Below are positions 1 to 8,407 of a stretch of DNA of 64,000 nucleotides, piece after piece. The stretch's first letter is position 1. Each line of letters starts with the position of its first letter. Location of the stretch: NCBI GenBank assembly GCA_963831715.1, contig CAWHRB010000002.1:225338-289337 (forward strand), written 5' to 3'. Under the pieces are notes generated by a model. The model made no database searches. It was not told the DNA's origin and saw only the letters and a program-made list of their open reading frames with translations. Position numbers and translations under genes: made by a program. This stretch comes from an uncultured Chloroflexia bacterium. Its GTDB lineage: Bacteria; Chloroflexota; Limnocylindria; Limnocylindrales; CSP1-4.

Positions 1-1473
1 GCGGCTCGCGGTCTTGGCCGTGGGCTTGCCGGGAGCGGATTTCTTGGTGGCCGCGGGCTTCGCGCTGGCCGCGAGTTTCGCGGCGGCCGGTTTCTTGGCG
101 CTCGTCGGCTTCGCGGCGGCGACGGGCTTAGCGGCGACCGATGGCTTCGTGGCGCCAGCTGGCTTTCTGGCGGCCGCCGACTCCTTGGCCGCGACTGCCT
201 TGGTCGGGCTCACCTTCGCGGAGGCCTGCACCGGCGACTTCGCAGCGACCTTCTTCTTGGCCGGCTTGGGCTTCACGGCCGGCTCGCGGTCGAGCAGCAC
301 CGTCACGCCGGGCAGCTCGCGGCCTTCGAGGAATTCGAGGGAGGCGCCACCGCCGGTCGAGATATGGCTCATCTTCGAGGCCAGGCCCTGGCGGGTGATG
401 GCGGCCACCGAGTCGCCGCCGCCGATCACGACCGTTGCGCCCTTCTCGGCTCGTTCGGCCAGCATCCGAGCCACGGCGTTCGTGCCGTGGGCGAACGATG
501 GGATCTCGAAGACACCGAGCGGACCGTTCCAGAACACCGTCTTGACGTCGGACAGTGCGTCGACCATCAGGTCCTGGCTCGCCTTGCCGAGATCGACGAT
601 GTGCCAGCTCGCGGGGATCTTCTCGGCCTGCAGCGTCTTGTACTCGGTACCGCGCGTGACCTCCTTGGCCACGATGACGTCGACCGGCAGCACGATGCGG
701 ACCTTGTTCTTCTCGGCCCGGGCCAGGATGCGCCGGGCATCCTCGACGCGGTCCGGCTCGGCGAGGCTCTTGCCGATCGTCTTGCCCTGCGCGAGCAGGA
801 AGGTATTGGCCATCCCGCCACCGAGCACGAGCAGATCGACCTTGGTCAGGAGGTTGTCGATGACGCCGATCTTGTCGCTCACCTTGGCGCCGCCGAGGAT
901 CGCCGCGAACGGCCGCTCGGGTGCCTCGAGGAGCTTCGAGAGCATGGTCAGCTCGCGCTCCATCAGGAGCCCGGCGTAGGCGGGCAGGACCCTGGCGATA
1001 CCGACCGTGCTGGCATGCGCGCGGTGGGCCGTCCCGAAGGCGTCGTTGACGTAGAGATCGGCGTACGACGCGAGGATCGCCGCGAACTCGGGATCGTTGG
1101 CTTCCTCCTCGGGGTGGAACCGGAGGTTCTCGAGCAGGACGATCTCGCCCGGTCGCATGCGCCTGAGGGCGTCCTCTGTACCGAGGCCCAGCGCATCACC
1201 GGTGACCGGCACGTTCCGACGCAACAGCTCCGCCAGACGCTGGCCGACCGGCCGCAGGCGGAGGCCGTCGGTGACCTTGCCGTTGGGGCGGCCGAGATGG
1301 CTGGCCAGGATGACCTTGGCCCCGGCCTGCCCAAGGGAGACGATCGTCGGGATGGCCGCCCGGATACGGGAGTCGTCCTGTACCTTGCCGTCGGCGAGCG
1401 GGACGTTGAAATCGACGCGGACGAAGACGCGTTTCCCCGCGACGTCCGCGTCGCGGATCGTGAGCTTGTCCAT
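1..1473 (-). CDS. pgk: Phosphoglycerate kinase, fused in frame to a Lys/Ala/Pro-rich C-terminal tail of at least 95 aa. Partial: the ORF runs off the window start and no stop is seen.
   Basis: Reverse-strand translation from the ATG at 1473..1471 gives MDKLTIRDADVAGKRVFVRVDFNVPL...LGRPNGKV...GGGMANTFLLAQG...STGGGASLEFLEGRELPGVTVLLDRE. It then continues without a stop as PAVKPKPAKKKVAAKSPVQASAKVSPTKAVAAKESAAARKPAGATKPSVAAKPVAAAKPTSAKKPAAAKLAASAKPAATKKSAPGKPTAKTASR to position 1. The gene lies immediately downstream of gap, as expected for a gap-pgk operon. It is missing from the ORF track because it has no in-window stop. Confidence 0.9.
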   Translation of the reverse strand, partial: MDKLTIRDADVAGKRVFVRVDFNVPLADGKVQDDSRIRAAIPTIVSLGQAGAKVILASHLGRPNGKVTDGLRLRPVGQRLAELLRRNVPVTGDALGLGTEDALRRMRPGEIVLLENLRFHPEEEANDPEFAAILASYADLYVNDAFGTAHRAHASTVGIARVLPAYAGLLMERELTMLSKLLEAPERPFAAILGGAKVSDKIGVIDNLLTKVDLLVLGGGMANTFLLAQGKTIGKSLAEPDRVEDARRILARAEKNKVRIVLPVDVIVAKEVTRGTEYKTLQAEKIPASWHIVDLGKASQDLMVDALSDVKTVFWNGPLGVFEIPSFAHGTNAVARMLAERAEKGATVVIGGGDSVAAITRQGLASKMSHISTGGGASLEFLEGRELPGVTVLLDREPAVKPKPAKKKVAAKSPVQASAKVSPTKAVAAKESAAARKPAGATKPSVAAKPVAAAKPTSAKKPAAAKLAASAKPAATKKSAPGKPTAKTASR

Positions 1474-1486
1474 GCTCAGCGCCGCG

Positions 1487-2506
1487 TCAGGCGGCGACGG
1501 GCAGGCGCGCGGCCACGAACGCGATCAGGTCGGCGACCCGGCAGCTGTACCCCCATTCGTTGTCGTACCAGGCGATGACCTTCACCATGTCGCCGCCAAG
1601 AACCATCGTCGACTCCGCGTCGATGATCGACGAGCGCGAGTCGCCTCGGAAATCGCTCGACACGAGCGGTTCGTCGGACACCCCGAGGATGCCCTCGAGA
1701 GCGCCGGTCGACGCCGCGCGGAAGGCATCGTTGAGCTCCTCGACGGTCGTCGAGCGCCGCACCGTGGCGGTGAAGTCGACGACGCTGACCGTCGGCGTGG
1801 GAACGCGCAGGCTGAACCCGTCGAACCTGCCCTTGAGATCGGGGATCACGAGCGCGAGCGCCTTCGCGGCGCCGGTCGTGGTCGGGATGATGTTCTGGCC
1901 TGCGGCTCGGGCGCGGCGCGGATCCTTGTGCGCCACGTCGAGGATCCGCTGGTCGTTCGTGTAGCTATGGATGGTGTTCATCAGCCCCTTCTCGATGCCG
2001 AGCAGGTCGTGGACGACCTTGGCGGCCGGAGCGAGGCAGTTCGTCGTGCAGCTGGCGTTGCTGATGACGTGATGCGTCGAGGGGTCGTAGTGGTCCTCGT
2101 TGACGCCGAGAACGATCGTGATGTCCTCGTTCTTGGCCGGAGCGCTGATGATCACCTTCTGGGCGCCGGCGGTGATGTGCGCCTTGGCCTTCTCGGCATC
2201 CGTGAAGATGCCGGTCGACTCGAGCACGATGTCGATCCCGAGGTCGCCCCACGGCAGTGCCGCCGGATCCCGCTCCGCCAGGATCCTGATCTCGCGGCCG
2301 TCGATGATGATCGAACTGTCGCCCGCCCGAACGTCGCCGTCATAGGCGCCGTACGTCGAGTCGTGCTTGAACAGCAGCGCGTTCATCTCGGCATCGACGA
2401 GGTCGTTCACGGCCACGACCTCGACATCCGGCGCACGCTCGAGCAGCGCCTTGAGCGACTGACGGCCGATCCGACCGAAGCCGTTGATGCCGACGCGGAC
2501 TGCCAT
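1487..2506 (-). CDS. gap: Glyceraldehyde-3-phosphate dehydrogenase (type I).
   Basis: The translation [16 protein letters not shown]...[19 protein letters not shown]...WYDNEWGYS is a classical GAPDH. An AGGAGG SD precedes the ATG at 2506. Confidence 0.97.
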   Translation of the reverse strand: MAVRVGINGFGRIGRQSLKALLERAPDVEVVAVNDLVDAEMNALLFKHDSTYGAYDGDVRAGDSSIIIDGREIRILAERDPAALPWGDLGIDIVLESTGIFTDAEKAKAHITAGAQKVIISAPAKNEDITIVLGVNEDHYDPSTHHVISNASCTTNCLAPAAKVVHDLLGIEKGLMNTIHSYTNDQRILDVAHKDPRRARAAGQNIIPTTTGAAKALALVIPDLKGRFDGFSLRVPTPTVSVVDFTATVRRSTTVEELNDAFRAASTGALEGILGVSDEPLVSSDFRGDSRSSIIDAESTMVLGGDMVKVIAWYDNEWGYSCRVADLIAFVAARLPVAA

Positions 2507-2629
2507 CAGGGGAAACCTCCTGCGGCCCGGTGCGGGGACCGCTGGTTCGTGGCGCGCTCGACGCGCGCATCGAAAGACTCAGGGGAACAGGGCCATTCTA
2601 GCAAAGGCCCACCGCGCTCCCGGACATGC

Positions 2630-2659
2630 GACGGCCCCCGCCTCGCGGCGGGGGCCGTC
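2630..2659. terminator. GC-rich hairpin (13-bp perfect stem, tcgc loop) between the small zinc-ribbon gene and gap.
   Basis: gacggcccccgcc-tcgc-ggcgggggccgtc is a perfect inverted repeat. No U-tract follows, as is common in high-GC genomes. Confidence 0.45.
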
Positions 2660-2685
2660 GTGCGTATCGCGATGAATGCGGGCGA

Positions 2686-2826
2686 TCAGCCGCCGATCCT
2701 GAAGACCTTGTTGCCGCAGATCGGGCACGTGCCCTGCAGGGCCGGCTTGCCGTTCTTCATGGTGATCCGTTGAGGGTTCTGGACCTCGACCTTTCGCTTG
2801 TCCTTGACGCAATAGGCCTCAGCCAT
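2686..2826 (-). CDS. Small zinc-ribbon protein, 46 aa, with a C-x4-D...CPICG motif.
   Basis: An internal ATG at 2826 preceded by GAGGAGGAAG gives MAEAYCVKDKRKVEVQNPQRITMKNGKPALQGTCPICGNKVFRIGG. It resembles small conserved actinobacterial DUF proteins. Confidence 0.6.
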   Translation of the reverse strand: MAEAYCVKDKRKVEVQNPQRITMKNGKPALQGTCPICGNKVFRIGG

Positions 2827-2895
2827 GTGGGCTTCCTCCTCGGTGGTTCGAGCGTCGCGGGAGCACGCGTCCCGCATCCGCTCGTCGGTAGCTCG

Positions 2896-3840
2896 CTAGG
2901 TCGACCACAGCGACGGCCGCCAGCGGTCCGTCGACGCGGTTCGTTTCTGGGCGTCGATCTGAGCCAGCACCATCAGGCTCTCGAGGCCGGTCTCGACGCA
3001 GGCCGCCTCGGCAGCATCCTTCATCTGTCCGTCGATGAACTCGCCGGTCGTCCGGTTGGCGTACACCGCACAGACGACGCCGGCACGACAGCCGGCAAGC
3101 GACGCGAACACCAGCAGAGCCGATGCCTCCATCTCGAAGTTCATGACACGCTGGCGCGCCATGTCCTCAGCCAGGTCAGGGTAGCGGATGGGCAACTGCG
3201 GGATGGGACGCCCTTGCGCCCCGAAGAACCCCGGTGCCGTCGCCGTCACCCCGACGTGGTAGCGGTGACCGAGCCGTTCCGCCGCCTCGATGAGCGCCAC
3301 GATCGCTTCATGATCGGCGACCGCGGGATACCCATCGTGGACGTACCAGCTCGTCGTCGTCTCGAGACGGACCCCTCCCGTGGTGATGACCAGGTCTCCC
3401 AGGCGCATCTCCGGCTGGAGGGCTCCACACGAGCCGACTCGGATGAAGGTCGGACGTGTCGTGATCGCCAGGATCTCGGCCACGGCGATCTCGACGTTGT
3501 CCGTTCCGATGCCGGTCGACACGACCGACACCCGCTGACCCCGGAACGTGCCGGTCGCAGAGGCGAACTCCCGGTGTCGGTGCTCGAGCTCGATGGAATC
3601 GAAGCGCGAGGCGATCCTGGTGGTCCGATCCTGGTCCCCGGGGAGGAGGATGTACTCGGCCAGGTCTCCCGGTCCGAGTCCGATGTGGTACTGCCGTTCC
3701 CCTTCCGGGACCGCGATCCTGCGGTCTCGGGGATCTTCTACGCGGGTTTCCGCGTTCGGCAAGACCTCTCCTCGCTCACGTGCCTGCTTCGCTGGCGCGA
3801 AACTCGGGCGAGGATAGTCCGGCGATTCTGCGAGCGTCAA
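2896..3840 (-). CDS. Nucleoside phosphorylase, PNP/UDP family (uridine-phosphorylase-like).
   Basis: Motifs YHIGLGPGDLAEYILLPGDQDRTTRIASRFD, VVSTGIGTDNVEIAVAEIL and GSCGALQPEMRLGDLVITTG. Confidence 0.8.
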   Translation of the reverse strand: MTLAESPDYPRPSFAPAKQARERGEVLPNAETRVEDPRDRRIAVPEGERQYHIGLGPGDLAEYILLPGDQDRTTRIASRFDSIELEHRHREFASATGTFRGQRVSVVSTGIGTDNVEIAVAEILAITTRPTFIRVGSCGALQPEMRLGDLVITTGGVRLETTTSWYVHDGYPAVADHEAIVALIEAAERLGHRYHVGVTATAPGFFGAQGRPIPQLPIRYPDLAEDMARQRVMNFEMEASALLVFASLAGCRAGVVCAVYANRTTGEFIDGQMKDAAEAACVETGLESLMVLAQIDAQKRTASTDRWRPSLWST

Positions 3841-3932
3841 GCACGCTCACGCACGTTTCCTGCGTGCACGACGCCCGCACGACCCTCTCACGGCCCTGCA
3901 CGACGGCCCCGCGGCGACCCCTCAGACGGAGG

Positions 3933-6900
3933 TCAGTCCCGTCTGCGAACCCCCAGCGAGGTGGCTCGCTCGCCTCGATCGGGCCCTGCCGAGCCGGTCA
4001 GACGGGCAAGCCGCGTCGTGACGCGCTCGGCCAGGAGCCGCTTGCCTTTGCGGCGGCGGAGGACCGTCATCGCCACCGATGCCAGCCCGACCACGAGCAG
4101 CCCGGCCAGCCCGGCGCCCGCGCCCGGCACGAGTGCGCCAGGGTCGGCGAAGCCCGCGGTCCGCACGTCAGCGTGGCTCCCGAGGGTCGGGGAGGGACTC
4201 GGCTCCGGGTCTGCCGTCGCGTCGAGGCGATCGAGCGCGCTCCCGAGCGTGAGCGCGGACGGATCGTCCACGACGAGCGCGGGCTCACCGTCCACCTGCT
4301 CCTCCACACGCCCCGTGGCGTTGATCGCGTCGTCCGGTTCGACGAGACCCACCCAGTCACTCGCGGCGCCCGTGAGCACGACGCGACCGACGGCGGTGCC
4401 GTCATCGAGCATGAAGCCATCGGATCGAAGGTCGACGACGAGTCCGCCGACGCGGACGACCGACCCGAGCAGCGACGCAAGGTCGACGAGGTCGGCTTGG
4501 ACCGTATCCGACGCCCGCGCGGCGGGTCCGGTCGGCGCACCCGTTCGTGTGTTCGACACCGTTCCAGGGCTCGAGCTCGGCGCCACGCCGCGCTGTCGGA
4601 CATCGGCGGTGGAGCGGGGCAGGATCGACGGCCGCTTGTCGGAGGCGCTCGGATAGGCGGGTCGGGCGATCCCGACGATGTCGGCCACGCGACCCTCGGC
4701 GAGGGCCGTGCTGGGGATCCGCGCGCCCGGTTGGGCCACCACGACCAGTTTCGTGGCCCCGACCACGATCTCGGCACGCCACCGCTCGCCCAGCTTGCTG
4801 ACGTCGTCCACGCGCCCGGCGATCGACACGAGCCGCCAGGTGTGCGCCGTGGTGAGTGGACCGTTGACCCGCAGCGGCGCGGGCACAGCCGCGGATCCGC
4901 GGCGTTCGAGCGTCTCGGCCCGCAGGCGCGGCGCACCGTACGCCGTTCCGACGCGACCGGCGACACGGGTGCGACTGCCGACCGACGGCGCCGAGGTGTC
5001 CTTCGGGATCAGGATCTCGATGGCCCCGGTCGCATCCTGGACGACGATCCGCCGCCCTGAACTGTCGAGCAGCTTCGCGCCTGCCGTGACGACCGCGTCG
5101 ATCGCGATGTCGCGATCGGTGATCCGGAGCGCCGTGGCGATCGACACGACCGACGGACGCGGTCCGTTCGACGCGCCCGGCTGACCCGCTGACGGCGAGG
5201 GCTTCGGAGCCGCGGCGAGGAGGGTCAGGTCGTGGCGGTCGCGCAGCCACACGCGGTAGCCGTCGAGCGCGCCCTTCGCGGTGGCGCGCTGTCCCGCGAT
5301 GCCGACCATCCGATACCGCGCGCCCTTGACGAACGATGTCGGCCGGAGCCCGCTCGAGGCATCGGCCATGATCCGCACCTTCGTCCCGCTGGCTGTCTCG
5401 ATCAGGACCCGGATGTCGCCGCTGTCGACCTTGGTCGGACGTTCCACGACGACGCCGGTCAGGCGAACGACTCGACCTTCCGTCGATTCATTCGGTCCAG
5501 CCGCCGGAACATCGATCGGGGCGGGTAGCGCGGCCGTGCCCTCGAACGTGATCCCGCTCGCGGCCGGGCGGATCTCGATCTGGCCGTATGGGTCGGCGAG
5601 CTTGCCGCTCACCGAAACGACGCGTCCTCGAGCCGGCGGCGTGGCACCCGAGGGCAGCTTGACGATGATGCCGCCGCTCGTGTCGGCGATCGCGAGAAGG
5701 CCGGCGGTCCCCAGGCGGCCCACCTCGGCGGTCACGACGCCGCGCACCGAGGCGGTGCTGCCGATCGCCTGCCCACGGACGCCCGCGATCGACGGCGTGG
5801 CGGGCGTCGGCGACGGCGCGGGGGTCGGCGAGGCCGTGGGCGTGGGGAGCGGAGATCCCGTCGGGCCGGGTGTCGGGGTCGGTGTCTGACTGGGCGTCGG
5901 GGCGGCTGACGGTGTCGCGGTCGGTGGCGGCTCGACGACGAGGTCTGAAACCGCCGTCACGAACAGACGATAGCCCGCGACGCCCGTCCCGGAGCTGTCG
6001 CGCTGTCCGAGCGGCCCGACGGCGATGATCCGCGAGCCGACGTCGAGCTGGCGCCCGGCGAGTGCACCCGGCGTCACGATGACCCGTGTCGCGCCGGAGC
6101 CGTCGTCGACCGTCACGGCCGTGCCGTCGGCGAGGCTGTCCGGACCAGAGGTCACGTCGCCGGTGACCAGGAGCCGTCGACCCTCGACGGGTTCGATGGC
6201 TGCTCCGGTGCTGGAGGTGAACGGGGCCGGCAGCGGCACGGTCCCCGTCGCGACGATGTCCGCCTCGCTCGCCCGGACCGTACGCTGCGCGAACCGGTCA
6301 TCGACCGAGCCATGCACGACCACGGACGTGCCGGCGACGAGCGAAGCCACGACCGCCGCGTCGAGATAGATGGCAACGCCGCCGCTGTCGTCCTGCACGA
6401 ACGCACCGTGTCCGGCTTCGAGCGCACCGAGATCCGTCGTGAGCACGCCGGCGATCGTCACCACGGCGCCGTCGGGTTGCCCGCGAGCGTCCGCGATCGA
6501 GACCGTCGATGGCGTGGGTTCCGGTGTAGGCGTCGGCGGGGGCGTCGGCGCGACCGTCGGGCTTGCGGTCGGTTCCGTCGTTGGTGATGGAGTGGACTCG
6601 GGCGATCCCGTCGGGGTCGATGTCGGCTCGGGTGTGGGCGTGACGGTCGGCTCGGCCGACGCCGTCGCCGTTGGACTCGGCGTGACGCCCGGCGACGGCA
6701 CGAGCGGAGAGCCGAGGTTCTGCGGACCTGGTGATGCGCTGAGGAACCAGTCGATCGCGTTGTCGTTGGTGTCCGATGCGTTCCCCGCCGGACCGCCCGG
6801 CCGCCGTTCGAGGCTCGACGACGCCGGCGGCGCAGGCGCGACCGTTCCCTCGACGAAGGCATTCGTCGCGTCGCCCCAGCCCACCGAGTCCACGACCATG

Positions 6901-7331
6901 CCACCGACGACGCGCAGGGCGACTGCGCCGCCGGTCGCCGCGAAGCCGCCGGTGTACGCCCCATCGCCGAGCCCCACGAAGGAGCCCGCGCCGTTGACGA
7001 TGAGGATCCGCTGGCCCGAGGCGAGGATCGTCGACGTCGTCCATGTGGCCTTGCGGGTGACCGTCGATCCGCTCGATGTCGAATACACGAGCTCGAGACC
7101 GACCAGGTCGACAGGTCCCGCACCCTGGTTCGCGATCTCGACGAACTCGTCCGACGCGCTCGATCCCCCGGTCTGCACTTCCGACACGACGATGGTCGAC
7201 GGCGGCCACGGGACGCTGGCGGCGAGTGCGACCGTCGCGCCCATGGGGATGGCGGCCGCCGGCAGGCTCGACAGGCACAGGGCGACGACGAGAAGGGGCG
7301 CGACAGTCGCCGCGCGCCGGACGCGTTGCAT
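3933..7331 (-). CDS. Very large secreted, cell-surface protein: N-terminal lamin-tail domain, Pro/Thr-rich linkers, repeated OB-fold-like modules, and a C-terminal transmembrane anchor.
   Basis: Signal peptide MQRVRRAATVAPLLVVALCLSSLPAAA. LTD motif VVSEVQTGGSSASDEFVEIANQGAGPVDLVGLELVY. PT-rich linkers (PTPTPEPTSTPTGSPESTPSPTTEPT...). Four repeats of the form SIADARGQPDGAVVTIAGVLTT...GAFVQDDSGGVAIYL, which resemble the OB-fold modules of ExeM/NucH proteins. C-terminal hydrophobic segment LAGLLVVGLASVAMTVLRRRKGKR. No nuclease catalytic domain was recognised. Confidence 0.8.
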   Translation of the reverse strand: MQRVRRAATVAPLLVVALCLSSLPAAAIPMGATVALAASVPWPPSTIVVSEVQTGGSSASDEFVEIANQGAGPVDLVGLELVYSTSSGSTVTRKATWTTSTILASGQRILIVNGAGSFVGLGDGAYTGGFAATGGAVALRVVGGMVVDSVGWGDATNAFVEGTVAPAPPASSSLERRPGGPAGNASDTNDNAIDWFLSASPGPQNLGSPLVPSPGVTPSPTATASAEPTVTPTPEPTSTPTGSPESTPSPTTEPTASPTVAPTPPPTPTPEPTPSTVSIADARGQPDGAVVTIAGVLTTDLGALEAGHGAFVQDDSGGVAIYLDAAVVASLVAGTSVVVHGSVDDRFAQRTVRASEADIVATGTVPLPAPFTSSTGAAIEPVEGRRLLVTGDVTSGPDSLADGTAVTVDDGSGATRVIVTPGALAGRQLDVGSRIIAVGPLGQRDSSGTGVAGYRLFVTAVSDLVVEPPPTATPSAAPTPSQTPTPTPGPTGSPLPTPTASPTPAPSPTPATPSIAGVRGQAIGSTASVRGVVTAEVGRLGTAGLLAIADTSGGIIVKLPSGATPPARGRVVSVSGKLADPYGQIEIRPAASGITFEGTAALPAPIDVPAAGPNESTEGRVVRLTGVVVERPTKVDSGDIRVLIETASGTKVRIMADASSGLRPTSFVKGARYRMVGIAGQRATAKGALDGYRVWLRDRHDLTLLAAAPKPSPSAGQPGASNGPRPSVVSIATALRITDRDIAIDAVVTAGAKLLDSSGRRIVVQDATGAIEILIPKDTSAPSVGSRTRVAGRVGTAYGAPRLRAETLERRGSAAVPAPLRVNGPLTTAHTWRLVSIAGRVDDVSKLGERWRAEIVVGATKLVVVAQPGARIPSTALAEGRVADIVGIARPAYPSASDKRPSILPRSTADVRQRGVAPSSSPGTVSNTRTGAPTGPAARASDTVQADLVDLASLLGSVVRVGGLVVDLRSDGFMLDDGTAVGRVVLTGAASDWVGLVEPDDAINATGRVEEQVDGEPALVVDDPSALTLGSALDRLDATADPEPSPSPTLGSHADVRTAGFADPGALVPGAGAGLAGLLVVGLASVAMTVLRRRKGKRLLAERVTTRLARLTGSAGPDRGERATSLGVRRRD

Positions 7332-7459
7332 GCGTGACCTCCCGGCGGGGACCGAGCGGGCGGCGGCGCATGTCGATTGAAGCAGCCGGCGTTCGACCGG
7401 GACTCAACCGCGGATGCACCCGCACCCATCGCGGGCCACTCGAGCAACCATCGACTACG

Positions 7460-8224
7460 ATGGCCCGCACCGAACCCGACCGAACAGGAGACAGCGTGGC
7501 GCGCGCCAAAAGGACCCACCGGGCCGAGGCCCGTCGTCGCTATCGCAATGATCAGGCACTGGCCGACGAGGTCGACGACGTCGACGACCTCGAGGGATCC
7601 GAGTCCTCCGCCACCCAGCCGTCCCGAGCCGCGACAACGTCGCCCGCACCTGCGCGCGGCGGGGTCGGGAATGCGTTCCGCCAGGCCTTCCACCCCCTCG
7701 ACGTCCGATCCGACCTGCGCGCGCTCCCGATGCTGGTGCGCAACAAGGCGTTGTGGATCCCGATCGCACTGACGCTCGCCGCGACCGTCCTGTTCGTCGT
7801 GATCCGCCCGGAAGGCCGAACCGACATCGTCGGCGTGCTGACCGTGTTCCTGTACCAGTACTTCGTCGTGACGCCGGCGATCGGCGGCGTCTTCATCGCA
7901 GGATTCCTGGCCCCGCGGGCGAGCTGGCTCCTCGGCATCCTCGTCGGGCTCGTCGCCGCGGCGTCCTACTCGTTCCTCGTGCTGCGCGGGTTCGTCGGGG
8001 CCGCCCCGACCGCGGAGACGGAGGGTCTCGCTCGCGACGTCGTGCTTGCGTCATTCGTGCTGTCACCGGGCATCGGGGCGTTCTTCGCCTCGACGGCGGC
8101 GTGGTATCGACGCTTCCTGTACCTGTCGAACCCAAATCGCGGCCGGCCCAAGGGCGGCACCCCATCCCGACCCGACGGTCGATCGCGTTCCGGCTCGAAC
8201 CAGAAGGCCGGCGCCCGCCGCTGA
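7460..8224 (+). CDS. Hypothetical membrane protein: Arg-rich and acidic N-terminus, then 4-5 transmembrane helices.
   Basis: Chosen ATG at 7460 (MARTEPDRTGDSVARAKRTHRAEARRRYRND...). Hydrophobic segments ALWIPIALTLAATVLFVVI, IVGVLTVFLYQYFVVTPAIGGVFIAGFLA and LLGILVGLVAAASYSFLVL. The start is uncertain. Confidence 0.5.
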   Translation: MARTEPDRTGDSVARAKRTHRAEARRRYRNDQALADEVDDVDDLEGSESSATQPSRAATTSPAPARGGVGNAFRQAFHPLDVRSDLRALPMLVRNKALWIPIALTLAATVLFVVIRPEGRTDIVGVLTVFLYQYFVVTPAIGGVFIAGFLAPRASWLLGILVGLVAAASYSFLVLRGFVGAAPTAETEGLARDVVLASFVLSPGIGAFFASTAAWYRRFLYLSNPNRGRPKGGTPSRPDGRSRSGSNQKAGARR

Positions 8225-8407
8225 CCAGCCGTCCAGCCGCGACAGCCGAGACCGGTTAGCTCCTCGACTACGTTCGTCGCGGATGGGCGCCCGGGCGAAG
8301 GCGGAGGCGAGCACCAGAGCGAGCGCACCTAAGGGTGCGTGAGCGAGGAGCGCAGCCTCCAACGCGCGCCCGGACGTCCAGCCACGACAGCCGACGTGAT
8401 GGGCACG

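Noticed and set aside
1-300. The PGK tail considered as a separate overlapping gene.
   Set aside because: There is no stop separating it from the PGK core in the same frame, and no internal start codon or SD within the tail. It is treated as a fusion or extension, pending resequencing.
14-2773. Long plus-strand ORFs (14..979, 364..1578, 1097..2773) overlapping pgk and gap.
   Set aside because: They are antisense to unmistakable PGK and GAPDH coding sequence. Their translations are low-complexity Ala/Arg/Gly-rich strings typical of stop-poor frames in 70% GC DNA.
2626-4656. 676-aa plus-strand ORF and many other 300-600-aa ORFs antisense to real genes (for example 16652..18604+, 18605..19951-, 26719..27906-, 28976..30388-, 30476..32263-, 33392..35239-, 49696..50958-, 51106..52365-, 54410..55888-, 57134..58402+).
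   Set aside because: Each lies opposite a gene with a clear family signature, proper SD sequences and coupling. Their products are Arg/Ala/Gly/Pro-rich with no recognisable motifs. These are high-GC shadow ORFs.
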